This document shows positions 1 to 8,408 of a stretch of 15,541 nt of DNA, piece by piece. The DNA lies in NCBI GenBank assembly GCA_029262755.1, contig JAJCYU010000001.1:1-15541 (forward strand). Reading direction: 5' to 3'. Below the pieces are notes generated by a model. That model was given only the letters and a program-made list of their open reading frames with translations. It did not search any database and was not told the DNA's origin. Source of the stretch: Anaerolineae bacterium. GTDB lineage: Bacteria > Chloroflexota > Anaerolineae > Epilineales > Epilineaceae. Within the stretch, counting starts at the first letter, position 1. Every line of letters starts with the position of its first letter. A program made the position numbers and the translations under genes.

Positions 1-4
1 TACG

Positions 5-262
5 CGGAGGACGGGCTGTTCGCTGTCGTATGCTCGCGCGAATCGACCCTTCACCGCGCATTCGAATGCAGGTTCCGTCTGCTCGACACTGCCAACCCGG
101 AGGACGGGCTGTTCGCTGTCGAATACGTCGCGTGAATCGACCCTCCGCCGCGCATTCGAATGCGGGTTCCGTCTGCTCGTTACTGCCCATAAGGAGCCCA
201 TGCTGCGCGTTTTCCTAAGACCGGCACTCAGGACTACCCTTCGCGGCGCATTCGATCGCGGG
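5..262. repeat. Tandem ~93-96 bp non-coding repeat: two good copies (5-97, 98-~191) and one degenerate copy (~192-262)
   Basis: CGGAGGACGGGCTGTTCGCTGTCG occurs at 5 and 98. Manual alignment of 5-93 against 98-187 gives 8 substitutions and 1 indel. The core ACCCT..GCGCATTCGA..GC recurs at 46, 140 and 236. Palindrome GCATTCGAATGC lies at 58-69 and 152-163. Confidence 0.9.
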
Positions 263-318
263 CTGCGCCACGTTTGCGTCAGTGTTCGGCGACGGTCCCC
301 GCCCACGTAGGAAAGAAC

Positions 319-783
319 ATGGACGATCATCCCGAGATGCCGCCCACCACCGACGTCCCGGTGCGCCTTGCACGGGCTGCCGACACGTTCGAGCCGGCGC
401 CCGAATCACCGAGCATCCGCTCCTGGCAGAAGCGCATCCTCGGCTGGGGCTGCGCGCCGGCCATGGCCGTGGGCATGCTCGGCGGGCTGGCGGGTGGCGC
501 TCGGCCGGAGTTGGCGCAGACGATTGCGATGACCGGCACAGGGCTCGCCATCGTGGTTGCCGGCCCGATCGCGGTGTACACGTGGCGCTTGCGGCGCGAC
601 AACCGAGCCCGTTGGGAGGCCGCACACGCAGAGGCCGAGGCAAGCGGCAAGCGAGTGCGGGTCGTCATCAACGCGGAGGGCGGGCACGACTACGTGGTGG
701 AAGAGCGGGAGCGGATCGAGAAGATCGAATGGGATGCGGAGGCCGGCGGCGAGGCGGAAGTCAGTGGCGCGGCGGAAGAGTGA
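319..783 (+). CDS. Hypothetical membrane protein (154 aa, two predicted TM segments, acidic C-terminus)
   Basis: AGGA at 309-312 precedes ATG 319. Hydrophobic segments ILGWGCAPAMAVGMLGGLAG and IAMTGTGLAIVVAGPIAVYTW are followed by RLRR. The stop overlaps the next start (GTGA, 780-783). Confidence 0.7.
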   Translation: MDDHPEMPPTTDVPVRLARAADTFEPAPESPSIRSWQKRILGWGCAPAMAVGMLGGLAGGARPELAQTIAMTGTGLAIVVAGPIAVYTWRLRRDNRARWEAAHAEAEASGKRVRVVINAEGGHDYVVEERERIEKIEWDAEAGGEAEVSGAAEE

Positions 784-1541
784 ACGCTACGAAAGCGCTG
801 CGGCCGCCCACGATTGTCGCGATGGGCGGAGGCGGCTTCGGGATGGATCCCGACCCGCGGCTCGATCGCTGGATGCTCTCGCTGGCAGGGAAAGCTCGCC
901 CCAAGGCCTGCTTCGTTCCCACGGCAAGCGGCGACAACGACCACTACATCGTGCGGTTCTACAACGCGTTTCAAGACCTGGATGCCGAACCGGACCACCT
1001 GCCGCTCTTCACGCGCCGGCACGCGGGCGATGCTCTGCGTGAACACGTGCTCGCGCAGGACCTGCTCTACGTCGGCGGTGGCAACACCGCCAACATGCTC
1101 GCGGTGTGGCGTGCGCACGGCCTTGATACGATCCTGGAGGAAGCGTGGCGCGCAGGTGTCATCCTGTGCGGCCTGTCTGCAGGATCCCTCTGTTGGTTCG
1201 AAGGCGGGGTCACCGATTCCTTCGGGGAGGCGCTCCAGGTTCTGCCCGACGGCCTCGGCCTGCTGCCCGGCAGCCACTGCCCGCATTACGACGGCGAGGC
1301 CCAGCGACGCCCCGCCTACAGTGACCTCGTCGCGCGCGGCACGCTGCCGCCCGGCTACGCGGTTGCGGACGGCGTCGCGCTGCGCTTCGAGGGCACACGG
1401 CACGTCGAGACGGTGCGCTCGCGCCCCACGGGCGGCGCCTGGCACGTGCGCCCGGACGCGACCGCGCCCGATGGCGTGATCCACGAGGCGCTGCCGTGCG
1501 CGCAGCTCGCCGAGGATGGTACGATCGTCCGCGATCGGTAG
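780..1541 (+). CDS. Peptidase E / family S51 dipeptidase (class I glutamine amidotransferase-like fold), 253 aa
   Basis: Motifs IVAMGGGGF, CFVPTASGD, LYVGGGNT, nucleophile elbow GLSAG (Ser codon 1176-1178) and HCPHYD. The GTG start at 780 is coupled to the upstream stop. The track's extension to 282 looks like non-coding-frame read-through. Confidence 0.9.
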   Translation: MNATKALRPPTIVAMGGGGFGMDPDPRLDRWMLSLAGKARPKACFVPTASGDNDHYIVRFYNAFQDLDAEPDHLPLFTRRHAGDALREHVLAQDLLYVGGGNTANMLAVWRAHGLDTILEEAWRAGVILCGLSAGSLCWFEGGVTDSFGEALQVLPDGLGLLPGSHCPHYDGEAQRRPAYSDLVARGTLPPGYAVADGVALRFEGTRHVETVRSRPTGGAWHVRPDATAPDGVIHEALPCAQLAEDGTIVRDR

Positions 1542-1743
1542 GCGGAGAAGAGCACGTAGGCGCTGTGCGAGTCCGGCGCGGAGTGTGGAGAGGGCGCACG
1601 ACTCGATGAACGTGGCTGGGCTGGGTCGCGAGGCGCGACGGTGTGGGTTGAGCGGCGGGACCGGGCTGCCGGCGCATCGCGACGAGCCAACTAGTCGCAA
1701 TTCCTGCGACTCCTGCGACCGGCGCGACTATAGGCCTACGACG

Positions 1744-3402
1744 CTACCCGTCGCCGCTGACCGGCAACAGGCCGCTTGGGACGGAGGCGGGGACCTCGAT
1801 GTCCGGCTGGACGCCGTCCAGGGTCGCGAGGAACGCCGCTAGTTCGGCCACGGCGGCATCGTCCAAGTCCCGGGGCACGAGCAGCGCGTCGATCCGCGAC
1901 GGCTCTAGCTTCAGGTCGTTGCCGCCGCGCAGGTGGAAGCGGATCACGGACTCCAGGTCCGGGTAGGCGCCCGCGTGACCGTAGGGCGCCGTTTGGGCGA
2001 CGTTGCGTAGCGGCGGCGTGCGGAACGCGTAGGCATCGGCCGGGTCGCCGGTCACGTCGTAGCGGCCGCGATCGAAGCCGCGGGTGAGGCGGCGGCCGGG
2101 GCCGATCTGCGCGGCGCCGAGCACGTGGAATTGGTAGTCTGATAGCTGGGGGCCGTGGTGGCAGGTCACGCAGCCCGCCTCTCCCGTGAAGAGCGCGAGA
2201 CCGCGCAGGGCTGCCACGTCCAACGCGTCTTCTTCGCCCTCGAGCCAACGGTCGAAGGGCGCGTCGGGCGCGAGGAGGCTGCGTTGGAACGCGGCCAACG
2301 CGCGGGCCAGCGTGGAGGCGGTGATCGCCGATCCGGACACCTGCGTCTCGGGGAAGGCCGCGGCGAAGCGGCGCTCGTAGTCGGGGATCGCACGCAGCCG
2401 GGCGAGAATCTCGGTGACGGCCATGCGCTCGCTGAAGGCGTGACCCGCCATCTCGTCGATCGCACCGAGCGGCAGCAGTGCTTGTGCTTCCAAGCCTTTG
2501 TCCGCACGTCCGTCCCAGAATTGCAGCCCGAAGACGTGCGGCTCCGGCCCGAATCGTCCCGCCAGCCCCACGTTGAGCAAGGTCGGCGCGTTGCGCGCGG
2601 TCTCCTCCATGGCGATGTCGTCGATCCCGGAGCGACCCACGTGCCGGTCGACGCCGAGCGCGACGCCGCCGCCGACCCCGACGCTACGTTCCCTGCCGTC
2701 GGCCCACGCGAGGTCAGGGTGATGGCAGGTGGCACAGCTCACGTCGCGTTCACCGGCGAGCACGGGATCGAAGAAGAGCAGTTGGCCCAGTTCTACACGG
2801 GACGCAGAGGGCGGATTGTTGGGCGGATGGGGCGGCGTCAAGCGGCCGATGGGCTGGATGCCAGCCACCTCGATCATCCAGGCGCGATCCGGACCGCCCG
2901 CCGGCGGCAACGGCCACGGGGTGGCGCGTGGGCCGTCGGCAGGCGCGGTCGGGGCGCGGGGGGCGTCGGCGTCCGGCGTCGGGTCGTAGCCGAGAGCGGG
3001 GTCCGGGGTGGCCGGCGCAGCTTGGCCCGCCGCTGCGTCGGCCGTGTCGGACACAGCGTCCGAGGCGGTCCTGCTCGCGTTGGACGAGCGCGAGCCGGGC
3101 GCGCTCGAGTCGGCCGAACTAGCGTTCGTCGCACCGGGGTCGTTCGAGCCCGAGCCCAACGCGCCCTCGTCGGCGGCGCTCGTTCGGGGATCGCTCGCGA
3201 TCCGTGACCCCGTCGCTGGCGGCTCGGCGTCGTCGCAACCGACTGCGGCAAGCGAGAACGTGAGTGCGACGATCGCGATCCCTGTTGTTCGGGCGATCGT
3301 AGTACGGGTGATCGTGGTGCGGGTGATCGTGGTGCGGGTGATGCATCGTTCGCAGCTCGACGTCCGCGCTTCGACGCCCCCTCCGGCCGCTCGTTCGTCC
3401 AC
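1744..3402 (-). CDS. Di-heme cytochrome c peroxidase / MauG superfamily lipoprotein, 552 aa
   Basis: Two CxxCH motifs (CATCH 2736-2722, CVTCH 2172-2158), plus LGQLLFFDPVL, RNAPTLLN, QFWDGRA, QAxxP..EM and FRTPPLRNVAQTAPYGHAG. Lipobox-like LAAVG|C at Cys56 is followed by a ~100 aa A/S/P/D/T linker. AAGGAG lies 9 nt upstream of GTG 3402. Confidence 0.92.
   Translation of the reverse strand: MDERAAGGGVEARTSSCERCITRTTITRTTITRTTIARTTGIAIVALTFSLAAVGCDDAEPPATGSRIASDPRTSAADEGALGSGSNDPGATNASSADSSAPGSRSSNASRTASDAVSDTADAAAGQAAPATPDPALGYDPTPDADAPRAPTAPADGPRATPWPLPPAGGPDRAWMIEVAGIQPIGRLTPPHPPNNPPSASRVELGQLLFFDPVLAGERDVSCATCHHPDLAWADGRERSVGVGGGVALGVDRHVGRSGIDDIAMEETARNAPTLLNVGLAGRFGPEPHVFGLQFWDGRADKGLEAQALLPLGAIDEMAGHAFSERMAVTEILARLRAIPDYERRFAAAFPETQVSGSAITASTLARALAAFQRSLLAPDAPFDRWLEGEEDALDVAALRGLALFTGEAGCVTCHHGPQLSDYQFHVLGAAQIGPGRRLTRGFDRGRYDVTGDPADAYAFRTPPLRNVAQTAPYGHAGAYPDLESVIRFHLRGGNDLKLEPSRIDALLVPRDLDDAAVAELAAFLATLDGVQPDIEVPASVPSGLLPVSGDG
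3283..3342 (-). repeat. 15-bp coding tandem repeat x4 (ITRTT ITRTT ITRTT IARTT) in the signal-peptide n-region of the peroxidase
   Basis: Minus strand reads ATCACCCGCACCACG x2, ATCACCCGTACTACG, ATCGCCCGAACAACA. Confidence 0.9.
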
Positions 3403-4057
3403 GTGACTCGGCTCCTTGTCAGGCTCGGGCCCTGATCCGGGCCCTTTCTATGTTGCGGCTTGAGGACGCCGATCGCGGCGACGGGTACCGCGATTCAAGA
3501 TTTGTAGCGTCTACGCTGGGCGACGACTGTTCCGATGACGGAGCCGACTACGTCGTGACTCCCATGCGTAGCGGGGTTCGGTCGAACGGACGTATAGCAG
3601 TAGCAGTGCCCGTGCAGGTAGGGTCGCAGCGCGAGATTGGTACGGGACGCGCTCCCGGTCGATCGCGTATCGAGCGCACGCGATCGCGATCGCAGGATCA
3701 AGCCCAAGTCTACGAGCTGCGAGCAAATGGTCGGATTCCGCAGTCAGCCGGCTTGCGACGGACCGTCCCCACGCTAGGATTGGCGCCCGCCACGGGCAGA
3801 CCGTCCGTGCGGTCGTCGATACGCAACCGCCAAGTACGTGAGTTCGGCATCGCCCCCAAGGGCAGGCGTGAGTCGTTGCACGGCGGATTGCGAGCGACGA
3901 ACGATCGTCGCGGAATCATGATGCCCTCCTGCTCGAGCATTCGGCCTCGCCCTGACCCGCGAGCCTACGCCATAGAACGCACAAGTCGCTACCCGCCGGC
4001 GACGGTCGCGCAGCGCACCGTGTCGTGCGTGTCCCCCACACACCCAGGTGACCCTCC

Positions 4058-5770
4058 ATGTCCTACGTTCCCTCGACGCACGACCGCCGTTCCGCGGGAC
4101 GACCCGCGTGCTTCGCGACCGTCCTCTGCGCGATCGCCCTCGGTGCGCTGGCCCTCGTGCTCGCCCCGGCGCAGCCGCGCGCCTCGGCCGCGCCGCCGGC
4201 GCCCGCGCCCGTTCCCGCGGGCCCACGGCTGATCGACGCCGCGGCCGTGCGGGGCACGATCGCCGCAGAGGGTCGCGCGCCCGTGATCGTGCTCCTGCGC
4301 GATCCCGCGCCGCGGCTTGCGGCGGACGCGGTGCGGCTGCCCGCGGTGGCTGCGGCGCAGTCGGCGGTGCTCGCGGCGCTGCCCGCGGGAGCGTGGCGCA
4401 CGACGCGCCGCTACGAGCTGCTGGCGGCGTTGGCCGGTGATGTGGACGGGCGCGGCCTGGCCGTGTTGCTCGGCCATCCGGGGGTTCAGTCCGTCGAGCC
4501 GGATCGAGAGAACGTGCCGATGGGGCCGGTCCTTTCGCCGTCCATGCTGCGCGAACAGCGTCCGTTGATTGGCGTCGACCGCGTCTTCGAGGAGTTCGGG
4601 CTTTCGGGCGAGGGCGTTCGGGTTGCGGTGATCGACACGGGCATCGACGCCGATCATCCGGATCTCGAGGATGATCTGATCGATCAGCGCTGCTTCTCCG
4701 CGCGCGGCGGCTGCGGCTCGAACAACGCCACGGAGGGGCCGGACGCCGATGACGAGGACGGCCACGGCACGTCGGTGGCAGGCATCATCACCAGCAAGGG
4801 CGTCAACGCGCCCCTCGGTATTGCGCCGGACGCGGAGATCGTCGCCATCCGCGTCTTCGACGACCGGACGTCCGCGCGCTCGAGCGACATCGTGGCCGGC
4901 TTCGACTGGCTGGAGCGCAACCGGCAGCGGCTGAAGGTCAAGGTGGTCAACATGAGCCTCGGTTCACGCGATCCCTTCGTCGGCAACTGCGACAACGACG
5001 ACGCGGCCCGAGCCGAGGCCGTCAAGCGGCTTGTCCAGCGCGGTGTGGCGGTCTTCGCGGCGAGCGGCAACCAGGGCTCGGACAACGGGATGGCGGCGCC
5101 GGCCTGCATCCGCGACGTGATCGCCGTGGCGGCCAGCTACGACGGCACGCTCGGGCGCATGCCGCCCAACGGCGAGTTCGGCGGCTCCGGCTGCTTCGAC
5201 CCCACGAGCAGCGCGATGACCATCACGTGCTTCAGCTCGATCAACCGCTCGCTCGACCTCGTCGCCCCAGGAGCGTGGACGACCGTGCCGCAGATGGGCG
5301 GCGGGGCACGCCAGACGGCGGGTACATCGAACGCGTCGCCCGTGGCGGCGGCGGTGGCGGCATTGCTCATCCAAGCGGAGGACGGAATGCGCCACGCCGA
5401 GGTGCGGCGGACGCTGACCAGCACGGGCACCAACGTGCGCAAGCTCGAAAACACCCAGGATTTCCCACTCATCGACGCCTACGCGGCGGTCGCATCGCTC
5501 GGCCTGCCGACGGCGACGCCCGATGGTCCGCCGCCCACGACTACACCGGCGCCAACCGACACGCCCGCGCCGAGCGCGACGCCGACGGCAAGCGCGACGC
5601 CGACGATCGCACCGACGGGCGCCCCCTTGCCGAGCGCGACCGCCGTCCCGACCGATGCGGCGGCGACCGCGACGGCGTCGGCAACATCGCCGCCGCAGGA
5701 CACGCCGGAACCGACGCAGCCGAGCCCGGATTCGGCGCCGATCTACCTGCCGATCGCACGCACGGAGTAG
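4058..5770 (+). CDS. Secreted S8 (subtilisin-like) serine peptidase with pro-domain, Pro/Thr/Ala-rich stalk and C-terminal YLP motif, 570 aa
   Basis: Signal peptide ends near PRASA. Catalytic triad is Asp193 (VAVIDTGID), His236 (GHGTSVAGII) and Ser424 (AGTSNASP), with oxyanion Asn338 (AASGN) and VVNMSLG. A TATP-rich tail ends IYLPIARTE. Confidence 0.93.
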   Translation: MSYVPSTHDRRSAGRPACFATVLCAIALGALALVLAPAQPRASAAPPAPAPVPAGPRLIDAAAVRGTIAAEGRAPVIVLLRDPAPRLAADAVRLPAVAAAQSAVLAALPAGAWRTTRRYELLAALAGDVDGRGLAVLLGHPGVQSVEPDRENVPMGPVLSPSMLREQRPLIGVDRVFEEFGLSGEGVRVAVIDTGIDADHPDLEDDLIDQRCFSARGGCGSNNATEGPDADDEDGHGTSVAGIITSKGVNAPLGIAPDAEIVAIRVFDDRTSARSSDIVAGFDWLERNRQRLKVKVVNMSLGSRDPFVGNCDNDDAARAEAVKRLVQRGVAVFAASGNQGSDNGMAAPACIRDVIAVAASYDGTLGRMPPNGEFGGSGCFDPTSSAMTITCFSSINRSLDLVAPGAWTTVPQMGGGARQTAGTSNASPVAAAVAALLIQAEDGMRHAEVRRTLTSTGTNVRKLENTQDFPLIDAYAAVASLGLPTATPDGPPPTTTPAPTDTPAPSATPTASATPTIAPTGAPLPSATAVPTDAAATATASATSPPQDTPEPTQPSPDSAPIYLPIARTE

Positions 5771-5957
5771 CATGCGCGACGTGGCCGCGAGGCCGCACGT
5801 CGACTAGCGCCCTTCCGGGTGAAACCCCCTCTCACGCGCGCCGTATTACCTCCTGACGGCCCGCAATCGCGGGTCGCGTTCTACCACAGGCGAACACCTC
5901 GAACGACCGGGCTCAACCGCTCGGCCGGGGTTTGCTTCGCCGCTACGGGAGGCTTGG

Positions 5958-6815
5958 ATGGGCGGCTTGATGGCGGTTCTGTTCACCGTACTCGTTCCTG
6001 GAATGATCGCCGCGCAAATCGCGGAGGGTCGCGGTATTCCGCCGTTCATCGGCTTCGTGGTCGGAGCGGTATGGAGTTGGCCGGGCATGGTCTTCTTCGC
6101 CATCGCGTCTGGCATGGTGCACAACGGCCACTCGTCGAATCGACGACGTCGTCGCGCGCACCCGGCCGGATACGCCAAGCCTCTCCCCACGCCGGCGCCG
6201 TTGACGCGGCCGACGGCTCGCCGCTCCGCGCAGCCCGCAAGGCCCGCGATGAGCACGGGCACGGGCGGCAGGGCGACCTCCGCAGCCGAAGCGCGGCGCG
6301 CGCTCGACGCCCAACGGCGGCGACGTGCCGAGCTTGAGCACGAAGCAGAGTTGTTGCGTCGCTCGGCCGAATCCGATCGCCGGCGCTTCGACGCCGAGTT
6401 GGCGAAGCGCGACGGTCGCTTGGCCACGCGCGAGGAGCAGATCGAGCTCTTGCGCGAGCGACTCGCGGCGGCCGAAACCGAGCGTGAAGAAGCCAAGCTT
6501 GCGCTGGACCCGTGGTACGGCGAGCACTTGGCAGCGGCCGGCGACGTGCTGCCCGACGTATTGCCCGCGGACATCCCGCGCCATCGCTTCGACGAAGACG
6601 AGCTTGCCGCCGAACAGGCGGCGCGCGAAGTCCCCGTGGCTACGGGGCACGCCGACGGTGCGTCGACGGACGCGGTGGAGCCGTTGTCCGCGGCGTCGGA
6701 GGGAGACGTGCAGCCGGACACCGCGCCCGTCGCGGAGCCGGTAGTAACGGAACCCGTCGCGCGCCCACCGGCCGTCGAGCAGCCGAAGGTCCGCTCGGCT
6801 GGCGGCGCGTCCTAG
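5958..6815 (+). CDS. Hypothetical membrane-anchored coiled-coil protein, 285 aa
   Basis: GGAGG at 5948-5952 precedes ATG. The N-terminal ~54 aa are hydrophobic (2 TM) and followed by RRRRR. An E/R/A/L-rich helical segment and an acidic disordered tail follow. Confidence 0.7.
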   Translation: MGGLMAVLFTVLVPGMIAAQIAEGRGIPPFIGFVVGAVWSWPGMVFFAIASGMVHNGHSSNRRRRRAHPAGYAKPLPTPAPLTRPTARRSAQPARPAMSTGTGGRATSAAEARRALDAQRRRRAELEHEAELLRRSAESDRRRFDAELAKRDGRLATREEQIELLRERLAAAETEREEAKLALDPWYGEHLAAAGDVLPDVLPADIPRHRFDEDELAAEQAAREVPVATGHADGASTDAVEPLSAASEGDVQPDTAPVAEPVVTEPVARPPAVEQPKVRSAGGAS

Positions 6816-6927
6816 CGACGACGAGCGTCGCGTCCGACGATCGGAGCACCACGCTGGGCGCTCGGTAGGAGGCGAACACGTTCTCAGCGGACCGGCGACG
6901 GTCGCAGCGTAGCAACGTAGCAACGAG

Positions 6928-6960
6928 AAACCGGGCGCGCCGTGTGGCGCGCCCGGATTC
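6928..6960. terminator. Probable intrinsic terminator between convergent genes
   Basis: Perfect 11-bp stem CCGGGCGCGCC (6931-6941) / GGCGCGCCCGG (6946-6956) with a 4-nt loop. Only a short TTTC tail follows on the minus strand. It lies downstream of both phaA and the 5958-6815 gene. Confidence 0.7.
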
Positions 6961-7109
6961 GTGTGTTGGGTTGGGAGTCGGATCCGCGATGCATAGCGGG
7001 ATCCGGTCGGCAGCCGCTAGTACTCGGGCGCATGAATGGTCAGGGAAGTAGGCGCAGCAGCGGCGGATGCAGTGGCTCCCGAACCCGTAGATTCAGGCTG
7101 GTTGGACTA

Positions 7110-8303
7110 CTACGCCATACGCTCCAACGCGATCGCCGTGCTGCCGCCCGTACCGTGGCAGAGCGTGGCCACGCCGAGCGAATTGCCGCGTGCGGCGAGG
7201 GCGCCGAGCAGGGTGACCATGATCCGCGCGCCGGTCGCGCCGATCGGGTGGCCGAGGGCCACCGCGCCGCCGTGCACGTTGAGGATGTCGCGCTCCACGC
7301 CGAGGAGGCGCTCAAAGAGTACGGTGCTGACCGCGAAGGCCTCGTTGTTCTCCCAAAGGTCGACATCGCCCACGGAGAGGCCCGTCTTGCTCATCAAGGC
7401 CTTCACGGCAGGCGCGGGTGCCTCGGCGAAACGCCAGCTGGGGCCGGCGGCCCAGGCGGAGCCGATGATCTTGGCGATGGGCTTCAGACCGTGCGCCTTC
7501 ACCGCGTCCTCGGACGCGATGAGCATCGCGGCGGCGCCATCGGAGATCTGGCTGGCGTTGCCGGCGGTGATGATGCCGTCCTTCTGGAAGGCCGGGCGCA
7601 GCCGCGCGAGCGACTCCACGGTGGAATCCGCGCGAATGCCCTCGTCGTGTTGGATGACCGTATCGCCCTTGCGGCCCGGAATCGTGACCGGTGCGATCTC
7701 TGCGGTGAGGGCGCCACTCTGGGTGGCGGCGGCCGCCCGCATGTGGCTCTCGAGCGCGACCGCGTCGACCTGCTCGCGCGTGACGCCGTACTCGGCGGCC
7801 AGGCGCTCGGTCTGGTCGCCCATCATCTCACCCGTGGTCGGGTCGGTCAGGCCGTCGTAAGCCAGTAGGTCGATGAGGGGCTCGTTCTGGCCGCCGAGGT
7901 ACTTGTAGCCCCAACGCGCGCGATCGGTGAGGTAGAAGCCGGTGCGCGACATGGACTCCGTGCCGCCGACCAGGATCAGGTCGCCCTCTTCGGCCTTGAT
8001 GTGCGTCGTGGCGTTCATGGCGGCCAGCATGCCGGACGAGCAGACCATGTTCACGTGGTAGCCGTCGGTCGTGTCGGGAATGCCGGCCTTGAGGGCCGCC
8101 TGACGCGGGATGTGCTGGCCTTGGCCGCCGCTGAGCACGTTGCCGTAGATGTAGAAATCGAGCGCGTCGGCCGATACGCCGCCGCGTTCGATGGCAGCAG
8201 CCATGGCGTGGGCGCCCAATTCCACGGGCGAGAGCGTGCTCAGGCCGCCGCCAAAGCGACCGATCGGTGTCCGTGTAGCGGATACGATGTACGCTTGCTT
8301 CAC
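7110..8303 (-). CDS. phaA: Acetyl-CoA acetyltransferase (beta-ketothiolase) PhaA, 397 aa
   Basis: Motifs RTPIGRFGG, NMVCSSG (catalytic Cys), TAGNASQISDGAAA, ENNEAF, GGAVALGHPIGATG and LCHGTGG. GGAG precedes GTG 8303. It is adjacent to phaB and phaC. Confidence 0.93.
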   Translation of the reverse strand: MKQAYIVSATRTPIGRFGGGLSTLSPVELGAHAMAAAIERGGVSADALDFYIYGNVLSGGQGQHIPRQAALKAGIPDTTDGYHVNMVCSSGMLAAMNATTHIKAEEGDLILVGGTESMSRTGFYLTDRARWGYKYLGGQNEPLIDLLAYDGLTDPTTGEMMGDQTERLAAEYGVTREQVDAVALESHMRAAAATQSGALTAEIAPVTIPGRKGDTVIQHDEGIRADSTVESLARLRPAFQKDGIITAGNASQISDGAAAMLIASEDAVKAHGLKPIAKIIGSAWAAGPSWRFAEAPAPAVKALMSKTGLSVGDVDLWENNEAFAVSTVLFERLLGVERDILNVHGGAVALGHPIGATGARIMVTLLGALAARGNSLGVATLCHGTGGSTAIALERMA

Positions 8304-8408
8304 GTTGACTCTCCCCTGGATCTTGGTAGGTGCTGTGTGCGATGGCTGCGTCGGGCGGATCGACCGGAAGTCCCGGCGCCGTCGTGTGTTGCAGCCGGCC
8401 CAGCGGTG

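Noticed and set aside
5..262. CRISPR array
   Set aside because: Units are ~94 bp and similar along their whole length with no unique spacers, and no cas genes are in the window.
282..779. N-terminal extension of peptidase E as given in the ORF track
   Set aside because: It is an Arg-rich off-frame translation of the 319-783 gene. The recognisable domain starts at the coupled GTG 780.
3119..3346. His-rich peptide MHHPHHDHPHHDHPYY (possible metal-binding or precursor peptide)
   Set aside because: It is the alternative frame of the 15-bp repeat inside the peroxidase gene, has no RBS, and the remainder is typical off-frame sequence.
3450..4232. 260-aa plus-strand ORF and other short ORFs in the divergent spacer
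   Set aside because: No RBS or motifs, Arg/Ser/Pro-rich composition, and overlap with the subtilase start in another frame.
5811..5876. Small hairpins (GGGTGAAACCC, GCCGT..ACGGC, GGCCCGC..GCGGGTC) as a riboswitch ahead of the 5958 gene
   Set aside because: The stems are short and partly overlapping, are expected at this GC content, and fit no known consensus.
6140..6160. Twin-arginine (Tat) signal in the 285-aa protein
   Set aside because: The RRRRR follows rather than precedes the hydrophobic segments, which fits the positive-inside rule.
7017..7112. Stop-codon read-through extension of PhaA (TAG TAG followed by ~29 open codons)
   Set aside because: Tandem stops argue against read-through, and the thiolase ends at its normal position.
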